Source of the DNA: Paramecium tetraurelia
Taxonomy: Eukaryota
Direction: 5' to 3'
NCBI GenBank assembly: GCA_000165425.1
Contig: CT868679.1
Coordinates: 1-64,000, forward strand
DNA length: 64,000 nt
This document shows positions 53,145-64,000 of this stretch, in pieces. The position numbers and the translations under genes are program-made. The notes under the pieces were generated by a model. That model made no database searches. It had not been told where the DNA came from and saw only the letters and a list, made by a program, of their open reading frames with translations. The stretch's first letter is position 1; the number at the start of each line of letters is the position of its first letter.

Positions 53145-55120
53145 TCATTTAATGGATTTTAATGATGAATTTGTTTTTAGTGCAGTTGATTATTTCATCT
53201 ATTTTATTGGTGTTATGTTTGACTTTAGTTTGGCCAATTAGTTCAATGATTTAGAAATTGATAATACACTTCTTCTACTTGGGCTTTTGTTTATACCATT
53301 TAAATTGAGATTGTAGGTTATTTACTCCAAATTGTATTTCTACTCTTACAATTACGATAGTTAATTGTTCATCTGCAATATTTCCTATTCTAATTATGCT
53401 TTGTTTGGCTTTATTTTATTGATCATTTAATCCTAAACCAATTAAACTTATTATTTTATTTCAAAAACCTTATTATTTATTTCATTTTCTTATTTTTGAA
53501 ATTAATCCATCTTCTTTTTAAATTCTTATTCCATATACTGAATTTCTTATTCTATTTTACTAGTTCTTTCAAGCTAATGCTTATCATTCTGATTCAAATG
53601 TTCAATCTCCCTTTTTAATTTACTTAATTATTGAACAACTTATTTAAATTAAGGTAAAATCTATTGATCAACCATAAAGATATTAGTATTTATAGCCTAT
53701 TCAGCAGCCTCGTATTTTTCAATCAATTTAATAACATTAATAAATTGCATCTAATATTACAATTATACAATTACATTTTCTTTCTCTGAAATTAGCTAAG
53801 TTATTTCTTACTAAATGCTCAGGAGCATTTTATCATAATCCTAATGCTCCTTCATTTATTATAACTATTCTTTATTCAAAGTTTTGTACATATCATAAGC
53901 CTCTAAGGCAGACTACTCAATCATACTTTGGAATTGATCTTAAGCACTTTCTTAAGTTTGAAAAAATACATTTACTCATTAATTTTGAATTGTTCCTACT
54001 ATTCTTCGAATTCTCTAATCATCTATCTCTTCATCTCGATTTAATTGTCAATTTCTGATATCTTATTTTAAATCTATAATTCCTCTCCATACTATCTTAG
54101 TGTTTGCTTCATTTCCTACAATTAGGTCTATATCAATTTTTATTGCATTGAAACTATTATAAATTATTCTAATTATGTAATGAATTCCTTCATGCTGGTC
54201 CAATTGGTGCCCTAATTTGAGTTTTTAAACAAATTATTTCTAAATAATGAAAGATAATGTGTCAATTTAGAATTAAAATCACTTTAATCAATTGATTACA
54301 CGTCACTCTATTATAAGAATTCTTGAAATAAATTATCAGGATGAGCTAAATTCAAACTTTTATGCAATGGAATAATTTTATTTCTTTAGACCTTAATTTT
54401 TTAATTGGCTTAATGTAATTGGACTTCAAGCAAAGTAGCTTGATGCTACAATCCCAATTATTACTACTTTTCTTCTCTTTATTATGACAAGAGTTTAATC
54501 TCTTTATCCTGCATTGCTATCTAATTTCCATTTTCTTAATGTTTTTTACCATTTGTAAAGTACATCTAGGAAATCATAAATAATTATTCATTCTAATTCT
54601 TAACTTATTCTACAAATTCCTCCAATTCTTCCTTTTATCCAACCAACTCGGCTCTTTGTAATAAATGAGTGTTCAAGTCCTCCTACAATATTTGCTTAGT
54701 TTCGATCAATTAACAATATAATTCGTTAGCTTGTTATTTTTATTTTATAAATCCTTAATGTTCTTTATTTATGGTTTCGTATAAACTCTTAAGCTTATTG
54801 AATTCGGATTCATAGTAGTCAAACACTTAGCTCTACTATCGGTCAATGTCCAATTAGATTTAAGAATAGCTATTGTAGAATAAGGATGATTACTTTTGCT
54901 CTTCTAATCTGAGATCTGACAATTATTTTTGGAGACTATCATAATCAATTGATTTCATAGTATTATTTCCAAGCAATACATTAATCTTCTATTTTATCAA
55001 TTGTTGGTAATTGTATATACGTTTGTTGATTTAATCTAACTATTCAAATAGGTAATCCTATTCATCGTTTTCGTCTCTTTTTTTTGAAGGGCTATCTGAA
55101 ATGAATTTCTAAGATAACAT
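53145..55120 (-). CDS. Long coiled-coil protein with basic S/K-rich tail
   Basis: MLSQKFISDSPSKK...; Q/E/K heptads; several mini-introns; ends TNSSLKSIK*. Confidence 0.7.
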
Positions 55121-55227
55121 AGTTTAACGATAATATTATTTAAAATTAAATTTGTAAGTTTTTTTTCATTCGCCACATTTAATAAAGAGAACTAGAAATA
55201 GTCAAATATTAATATTTTAAATATTCA

Positions 55228-55947
55228 ATGGCTTCTTAATATGATACAACTCCTTAGAAAATGCTCTCAAATTATAGCACTGATCATTCTTAAAGATATG
55301 TGTCCCCGTGTAGTGATGATTCTGACTAGGACTCTTAGAATCTAATTAAATAACCTACGTTCAGAAAAAAGAGTTTTGCAACTCCCGGTGATAAATATGA
55401 TCAATCAGATGGCAAAAGACAATAATTAAGAACTAAATTCTGCAGGAACTTTCAAGAAAAAGGCTATTGCCAATACAAAGACAAGGTACATTTAAATGAA
55501 ATGAAAGTGTTCTTTTATACATGAGCCATGCAGAATAGAGAACTCTGCCAGTAGAAGAACTAAGCCTTGTAGATGTTTCTTTTCAATGGGTGTTTGCCCT
55601 TTTGGTCTAAATTGTCAGTATGCCCATTACGAAGTTATTGATAAAGAGGAACTACGAGATTTTGTTGAAAAGGCGTTTAGGGAATAAAAACTAATGGTTC
55701 CCCTGCATCCAAGTATGAATTTAATCATCATAATTAGATAAATTGTAGTTAGATATTAGAAAAGACCTACAAAGATTTTAACATTTGTATAAAATTTTTG
55801 GAAGAAAATTAAGCTTCAGAAGAGATGATTTACTAGTCAATATGTGCAGAGAGTATTATTATTATATTCTATATAAATAGAAGAAATTCCATTTTCCTTA
55901 GACTTTGCTAAAGTGAGGTACAGGAATTCGACGATTTTTTGTAATGA
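55228..55947 (+). CDS. Tandem CCCH zinc-finger protein (TIS11/ZFP36-like)
   Basis: LRTKFCRNFQEKGYCQYKDKCSFIH and RTKPCRCFFSMGVCPFGLNCQYAH; three introns. Confidence 0.9.
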
Positions 55948-56222
55948 TTCACCTAATATATATATATATAATTATCCTATAATACTAAGGTTTTTAAAAT
56001 AGGAAGGATCTTCACCCATTAAGATTGGTATATCCTCTAAATATTGTTGATTAAACCTATTCTATTAATAGAAACTTGATAAATCCCAAAAATATCAGAT
56101 ATATAATCAAATCTTAGTGAGAAGATTCATGTGGATAAGTATTTATGTGAATAGTATGTGAAAAACGATAAATATAAAATTTAATATAATTTAATAAATA
56201 AAATAAAAATAGAAATTCTGTT

Positions 56223-57804
56223 TCATTCAGTTTAATATAGTGCCTTCACCATAGGCAAAATGTTTTTACCATTGTCTTTCCATTCCTCAATACATTGCTA
56301 AGCCCAAGAAGTATAGACTTATTTTTCAGATTGATTTCTTTATTGCATTTACAGAGACTCTTTCAACTCTTGCATGTATTAGTTTCTACGATACTACTTT
56401 TTAGCTTCCTTGTATAAATACAAAAATTACTATCTAAATTTTCTAATATTCCTATAAATCTTTATTCCTTTTTTTCAATACATCATTCTATAGCTGTTCA
56501 ACTTATTCCAATTATTCCAATGCTTTTAATTTTTATTTAAAATCTACTTCCTAGTCAGCCTATTAATTAATTTTTCTTTATTATTAAATTTGAAGCTATT
56601 TCAACCTCATAGTTTCTGCATCTTAAACCATTTATGTTTTTTCTAATTCTTTCTATCTCAATTCTTCATCCTATTTTTATTTGAGTTACTCTGCATGTTT
56701 TTAGATGGTTTACATATAATTATCTTCTTATTATTTTTATTGTTCCACTCTAAGATCATAAATCTATTTTCTGAGTTATTCTTTTTTCTGCTATTTTTAA
56801 TTTTCCTAAATAAATTATATTAATTTAATACTCTATCTTTTCTCATCTATAACACTTTTTCTTTGTGAAACTCATGCTCAATTATTTTTTTATCCTCTTC
56901 ATCCAAAACACTTTTCTCTAGTTCTTATATCTCTCTTCTCTTTTCCATGAATTCCTCATGTTCTTTGAGTAATTTTTATTACTTATGTTTGATCTCTTAT
57001 TTTTATTAACTAAATTATATACAATGATTACTCTCTTAGAATTTCATCCTCCTCTGCTTTTTTCTTAATTAATTAACCTTCTTGTTTATCTAGCATCATT
57101 TCCTTCAAGTATCTCTCCTTGACTTATTTATGCTAATCAGCTAAGATCTCATTGCATTCTTTTTTCTTCTTTGCTTACTTCTCTTTTCTAAACATTAATT
57201 CCTATTCTTTATAATATTCCTGCATCTCGTACTCTTTTTCTTTTTCCTCCTCTTGTATTTTTCTAAGTTCTTTTTACTCTTTATTAATTGCATTTAATTG
57301 TTCATTAGTTCTCTCAACTTCACTTAACATCATCTAAGCCTTCAAATTACGAACACTATAATTTTGTAAATGTGATAATACTCTGCTCTTTAATCAAATA
57401 TTTTCTAATTTGATTCCTTTACAAGTTCATTTTTAAGTCTCTCTTAATATTCTTCCTCATCCTTATCAATTTTTCTTCTTTCTTCCTCTTCCTTAGTGAA
57501 CCTCTCTAATTTCTCAGCCTCTTTTTATTATCTCTGCTTAGTTATTCTTTATGCCCAAAGTCTTTAATTATCGAGAGTCTATTAATGAGGGTTTGCATTA
57601 CCTTTTTGGTTTGTTTTTCACCTTATAAATGATTTTTAATTTAATATAATTCACTTAAACCAATAACCGAAACTGAATTTACTTACTCTTATTTAATGCT
57701 TGGTAATTAAACAGATTGCTAATTTACTTAAATTCTTAAAATACAACTTTTGATTAAAGAGCAGCTTACTCTTCTGTTGAATATCTAGATTTTGCTTTGC
57801 TCAT
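56223..57804 (-). CDS. CFAP210: CFAP210/CCDC173-like trichohyalin-plectin-homology ciliary coiled-coil protein
   Basis: EEEERRKIDKDEEEY...IFDQRADVRNLKAQMMLSEV; C-terminal IEEWKDNGKNILPMVKAL. Confidence 0.62.
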
Positions 57805-57933
57805 AATTTTATATAATTAAATATTATAGGATAAAGTGAATATTATAATCCAAAATATTGTATGCAGAATAACACTATAAATTAAATTTATCTTAACACA
57901 AATTAATTAATTGGGATGAGAATTAAAAGAAAA

Positions 57934-59145
57934 TCATTATTGCAGCGTTTATAGATTTTGTGAAGGTTTCTTCTCTATTCTTATTTTTGAGACTTCAAAA
58001 TATTTTGGCATCGAAAACTTTTTCTTTATTGATGCAAACTATTTTTTATCTTGATTTTGCAATAAACTACACATCTCCTTTGCACAACTTCTAATTTCTA
58101 TTTCATTCAAACCAGTAAGAGGAACCATTAAATCCTAATTCCATGATGGATGGATTCGTCTAATCTTGTGCACCAAATAAATTGAAGCACTAGCCAAAAC
58201 ATTATTTGAAAATTAGATCGTAGAATACTCCAAAATTGATAGTTCTATCAAATATCTAAAGTTATTTAATATTTTAGATTACCTTGCTAGCATGTAGTTT
58301 TTTTAATCCATTTTTGCTGTTTCTTAATAGACATTCAACATTCTTAAAGGGCTTGTTGTAAGCAAATCAAATCCCAACAATGAGATGATTTTGCCCTCTG
58401 TTGCCAAGATCTCCTCTTTTGTATATGCATTATCACAAACGTAAACAAGATCCCTTACATGAGGCACGGAGTACACTTCTTCATATTTGGATGCTATGAA
58501 CAAGGCTGTCACTCCATAAAGTTAGAATTTTTATTTAGATATCTAGTGAACTTCAAGTACTCTCAAATTAATACAATATTTACCTATCAATTATCGAAAT
58601 AGTTAAAAATAGTGTTTCTGTATCCAATTTGAATTTGAAATGAACATCCACTATCCAATCAAGTAAGATGCTACGCATTTTTTCGGTAATCTCAGTTTGA
58701 AATTAAAAAGCGTTCATTTTGTAATTTGATCGACACTACTTTAAATTAGGTTTATTACACTTTTTTCTTTCATATATGTCACTATTTCTTTTTTGTATGC
58801 ATTGACAGATTAGGGATTATCATGTTTTTAGGGCAATAAAAAGCTTTTATTTGTTAATAATGTAGTGACTCCACTGGTTATACTTAGGTTTCTTCCATTA
58901 CGCAAAGGCATTGGCATATTAGAATCTGTTTTGACTCTATGAAATCCTTCCTTTGTACGATTGCTAGATTCATCATTCAATTTCAATTATGGTTTTTACT
59001 GAGGAATCATCGTGTGGAATGAGTTTGAAGACTTGTCTCTGAGTGCCATTGATGACTATACTCTTTGATGTTTGGTGGCATAGTTGAAATTTTCTTTGTC
59101 ATAATCAGCAACACAAAATAAGCGTGGGATTTGATTTGTTTTCAT
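57934..59145 (-). CDS. Mitotic (A/B-type) cyclin
   Basis: [43 protein letters not shown]-box-like ALRDKSSN; three introns. Confidence 0.93.
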
Positions 59146-59196
59146 TTTGAATATAAATTATTTAACGGAAAAATACTATTAAATTAAATTAATTAT

Positions 59197-61072
59197 TCAT
59201 TTACGAGAACCTTTGGCTCTTAACTAGCATAACTTGAACTTGTCTTAGACTTTCCTATCTATCCCTATTTGTGGGTTATTATATTATATTTAACACGACT
59301 TTCAAATTAATAATAGCTAAAATACCTCTTCTTCTAGTTTGGTAATGGATGTTAATTATTCATTATTACTATGATGATCAACAGAAGGTCTCGATTTTCT
59401 GTATACTTGTTAGCATCTGCTATTTTATTCTCGAGAATTAGTATGAGGAAAGAGCCTTCTCTATCCATTTATGGGTTCAATTTTCACTGAATTGTTTAAA
59501 ATATTGTGAGGACTATTATCGTCCAATTAGCCTTTCTGTTCGGTATCTTGGTAATCCATTAATGTCATAGTCTACAATTTAGATGAATCCTTTGGCGGAA
59601 CATCATTTTGTTATTTTTTAGCACTTTAGTTGTGAGGCCAACAGCTGGGATCAGTAGTGGTTTACCTGAAAATGTTATCTGTTTATTTTTAATAAAACAA
59701 AACATAAGCATATTCATTAACGATAGCCTTTTCTAGCTCTTGTATCTAGAATCAGATTAATAGTACCTTAAAAACTGCATCATCATTGTACATGTACCAT
59801 TAATTATCAACCCTATGTTTGCAAATAGAAATGTAATGGCCATATTATAAAGAGCCATGATGCTATGCAACTGCATACAAATTATAAATTGTGTTATCCT
59901 ATTCATTACAATAAGGAGACATATTTAAATCATTTATTGGAAAATTCACCTTTTAAGTGATCTTACCTGTCTATTTAGATCCAAACTCAAATCTCTTAAG
60001 ATGAATAATTAAAATATTTGGTAATTTCCATATTCGAATCCCTTTTTTACAGTCTCTTGTTTCTTTACATTATGGACATTTCCACTGTATGGTTTCTTCC
60101 TATTAAAATTAATCCAAGCATTCTGTTAAATAGCAAATTGTTTCTTGCTTCAGTTAGGAGTTCCCAAGTGATTTAGATTAAAATGATTATTATTTTTGTT
60201 ATTGTTATTGTTATTATTATTGTTATTATTTAATAGGTAAATTTAGAAATAGGAACGGTTCCCATTTATGACTCTGATAATTGCATGTTTTACATTCAAC
60301 TTTAGACTTCAATTATCCCTAAAACAAATCAACCACAATACTCTTATTGATTTTTAGATGTTCACCCCAAGATTCAGCAGCCCATTCTTCTCTTGGCTCA
60401 CCTATGTAATCCTTCTCTTTAATTATCTCCTTCTTCTTACATCTATTCAAATCTTCATGAATCATATCTAATAAATAACTCAACAACTCTTGACAATCCT
60501 CCTACTCTAATTAAATGTGTTAATAGTTTACATCCGATTTCAAATCTCTTCGAGTATTTCTGTATCAACAACAATAACCGCAAAGGATCTACCCAATTCT
60601 CATATTATTTTTATTTCTTTTGCATGTCCATACTCAAACTCATTTAATTTATGCTCATTCCAATACTTCTTTCATCCTTCCAAATATCACTCAATAATTA
60701 AGCAAAGCATTCAGTCACCTACCCTCTTGATCCTAGTTTGCTAATCTTGTTGATTTCCTTTTCAAAAACTCTCGATAACATATAATCAAGTAAAGGCTAC
60801 GTATGACTTAAACAATGAATTGCGCAGTTGAAATAGCATGTGTTACCCAAATTTTTCAATCCTACTACGCCATGAATAACCTTAATCCCATCTTGATTGT
60901 CCTCCTTCCTCATAACCAAGGGAATAGTGTGATAGCCTTATTGAAGTTTAGTATAAGGATCTGATATTTTTAATTTCTATTTATTTGTCGTTTTTAAATT
61001 AGCATGAAGATAATGCGATGATTCTGCATAAACAACTGGAATTGTAAGCTATTTACCTGCTCCACTTCCCAT
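59197..61072 (-). CDS. Ubiquitin-specific protease (peptidase C19) with Gly2 N-terminus
   Basis: Cys box GLKNLGNTCYFNCAIHCL; QDCQELL; IVVDLFQGQLKS; WKLPNILIIHLKRF; His box HHGSLQYGHYIS; YNDD; AYVLFY. Confidence 0.93.
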
Positions 61073-62829
61073 ATTAAAATATATTATTATTTAACTAATA
61101 AACTTAGAATCTCTAATAAGAAAATTACACTTTTCCTAAAATTATAAAATCATTTTATAATTTCCAATTCCCTCTATTATGTATTTCAGAAAAATTTATA
61201 GTATTTTTATAAAGTATTTATTAAGATGAGTCTCTTATTCATTAGATCTATTTCCAGATATGTATGAAAAATTGTGCTTTTTTTAATTTATAGAAATTTA
61301 ACAAATGTATAATGATTATTTATTTCTATTTCAACATAATAGTAGTAATTAAGCAAAAGACATGATCAGATAATACTTGTAGTAAAAAAATAGATTTCTT
61401 TTATTTATAATAAAACTAAATTAGATCTATTAAATTGAAAGAAATAAATAAGATGATATTAGAAAACCAAAAATAGATTCACAAAGGATACTTAGGATAA
61501 AATAAATAAAAACTATTAAATAGAAAATATTAAGTATAATAAAATGATTAAATAATTAACAAATAAGATTAATTTGAAAGCGAATAAATAAAATAAGAAC
61601 AAACAGGCTTAGACAAATAATATATTTTTTATTTTACCATTATTTATTTTAAAAGTGTATACCTTTATGTTATCATAAATGAAAATTGCAAACAATTTGA
61701 GTCTTAGAACTACGGAGTCTAATGTCAAGCCATTAGAATAGGTTGATTAATATTATAAATGTTTCTTTTTTTGATAAAATATTTCAGGTTTAATTTTAAA
61801 ATAATTAGTTATTCAGATTTAGAGGGTCTATTATGAACAGAAATTTTAAAGCTAATTCATGAGTACCCTAAGACATTTAGCTATTTTTTATTTAGTTCTT
61901 TTATTTTAATTTATAAAATCCATTTAAGGATTACTGTAAAGAACATAAATCTCCTAAAAATGAAGTGTAAATTTTCCTTCTTTATATTTGCTTTTGAATA
62001 TTCTGAGGAATGTCACTTTCTTTAAATGATATATCCTTAATCCATAAATTAAATTATTTATCTTTAACAACAGAGAATAAAAATTAGCTATATTTTAATT
62101 TTACTTGCCAATATTTTGATTTTATTCCATTACATGATTAAGTCATAAATAAGCAATTACAATAATAAAGGTATTTGAATTTATTAATACTTCTAAAGAT
62201 ATATTAAATCTTCTATAGCCACTTTATTTTTTAAGCAGAAATTCATTATCATATTGCTGATATATATTATTAGACTTGCTTCCAAAATTGTATTTATATG
62301 TAGTTAGCCAATTTCTAATAGAAATTATAAGGTTTAATAAAGTTCATAAGAGATTTACACTATGGTTTTGATATTTTAATCATTTCAATTTATTCCAAGA
62401 ATATTATTGGTAGTCCCACTATCAACTACCTAACCAAGAGGATTCAAAAGACTCTTCATCGTAATAATTATTTTTTGAAAATTAGTAGAGATTGTTATTG
62501 GAAGATACTCGTAGATATAGGTTTACTGATTACTTTAAATTCTCAAATAGAATAAGGAATTTAATCTTAGTTATGAATAAAATCTTGAGTTAGATTTTCG
62601 TTGATTATATAAGATATTCAATTGTAAGATTCAATAATTATTCTTTTTCTTATACTTTTTTATTATAAACTATGTTTTATCTTTATTTTTGATAAATTGG
62701 TAAGTTAGTTTATATCATATTTGGATCATATTGGATAGAATTCTTGCTAAAATAACGAAACACAATATTAATTTATTTATCAATAAATTGAGTTTTATTA
62801 TTATTTAAATTGTCTAATAAAATTGAATA

Positions 62830-64000
62830 ATGGTATGAAATTCATATTTATTAATTGTAGAATAGTAAACTTAGTAAAAGGTCCAAAAAGAGTCTTTTGA
62901 CAGAAGAAACCTAAAGTAAAGTTAAAATATATAGCTTAGATAAATAAAGAAATGAGGAGTAAACTGAGTCAATCGTAAAAAATGTTCGTAATGGCGATGC
63001 TACAAATCCGGAAGTAATGGTAATAGGTGAAGGGGAATTATAAAGAATGAAAGTATGAAAATATAATATCTATGCTGTCAGAATAATGCAATAATCACAA
63101 CGAAAGAAGAGCAAATATATTAGAAGAAATTACTTGAGGAATAGAAAGAGAAGTAAATGGCTGCTGCAAAAGCAAAAAAATAACGAATGATATAAATGGA
63201 AGAAGAAAAAAAGAAATTAGTTCCGTTGACATCATAATAAGAAGAGGATAAAGTAGTGAAAGATTCACTTCTTGCAAGAGTACTTGTTGATGTAATATGT
63301 ATTTTAGGCAGCAGAAATAATGAATGAATAAATGGATGATGTTAAGGAAATGAATAAGATGGTAATGTATGCTAAATGTGTAACTGTTCGGGATAAATAA
63401 TTAAAAGAAAAAAAAGATTTGGTTGACTAATATAAGGTTCAGGAAAAGAGAAAGGATTTGATGATGGAAATAGAAAGATTGAAATCTATTAAATATCATG
63501 AAGAAAAAGATAAACAGCGAAAAGTTGAATTGAAACAAGGTCACGATATTATAATTGAATAAATTAAAGAAAGAGAATTAGTAAGACTAAAAGATAAAGA
63601 GGAGTAGGAAAGAGACGGATAAGTTATGCTTAAAAAGATTAAGTAACTACAATAAGAGGAATCTTAAAAGGCAATGCAAAAAAAAATATCTTAACAAAAG
63701 GTTCAAGAAGAAATCTTAGAGGCAAATGATAGAGCTATTTTAGTAAAAGAAAAAAGAAAATTAGAGGAAAGGGAAGAGGAAGAAATGATAGTCAAATATA
63801 ATTTATAAAAAGCATAAAAAGAGGCTGAACTACAAGAAGAGTAAAGGAGAATTAAAGAAGAGAAAGAACGTGAAGTTTAAAGATTAAGAGAAATGCAAGA
63901 AAAGGCATAAGACCGATAAGCTGAGTTGGATGCATTAAGAGCAAAAAGAGCTATGGAATAAAATGAAAGATAAGCAAGAGAAAAAGAAAGAAGAGAAGCA
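62830..64000 (+). CDS. CFAP45: CFAP45/CCDC19-like ciliary protein, truncated by the window end
   Basis: EQMDDVKEMNKMVMYAKCVTVRDKQLKEK; MMEIERLK; DRQAELDALRAKRAME; 28-nt intron directly after the ATG. Confidence 0.85.

Noticed and set aside
61100..62800. 1.7 kb AT-rich stretch as a possible IES or transposon
   Set aside because: No terminal inverted repeats, transposase motifs or telomeric repeats seen
1090..63277. Supplied ORF track taken as gene calls
   Set aside because: It treats TAA/TAG as stops and ignores introns; entries are either fragments of the genes above or antisense/off-frame shadows

Overview
AT-rich, gene-dense eukaryotic DNA from a ciliate macronuclear chromosome, almost certainly Paramecium. 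TAA/TAG read as Gln and only TGA stops (translation table 6), introns are tiny (about 20-35 nt, GT...AG), and intergenic spacers are tens of bases long. The supplied ORF track uses the wrong genetic code and no splicing, so it shows only fragments or spurious frames; all models below were translated by hand. About 33 coding genes are supported. They include an LRR protein, two Myb factors, a dual-specificity phosphatase, Rad17, importin-4, a RING-CH ligase, a cyclic-nucleotide-binding K+ channel, a PTB/hnRNP-L-like RRM protein, a MYND finger, proteasome beta-6, an SCP/FCP1 phosphatase, an ankyrin-anoctamin fusion and a TLDc protein. Also present are two ciliate-type ATP synthase subunits, an SR-like protein, two trichocyst matrix proteins, a pseudo-histidine kinase, a CCCH finger protein, CFAP210- and CFAP45-like ciliary proteins, a cyclin and a USP. 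There are two clear internally deleted pseudogenes (Ubc6/UBE2J and ETF-QO), several other decayed regions and one assembly gap. The most notable candidates are: the ankyrin-TMEM16 fusion that lacks the canonical Ca2+ ligands, a His-less membrane sensor kinase, small lipid-anchored proteins (one with SILK plus RVxF PP1-docking motifs), and a GC-rich structured island at the left edge. Family assignments rest on recognised motifs and recall, not on database searches.
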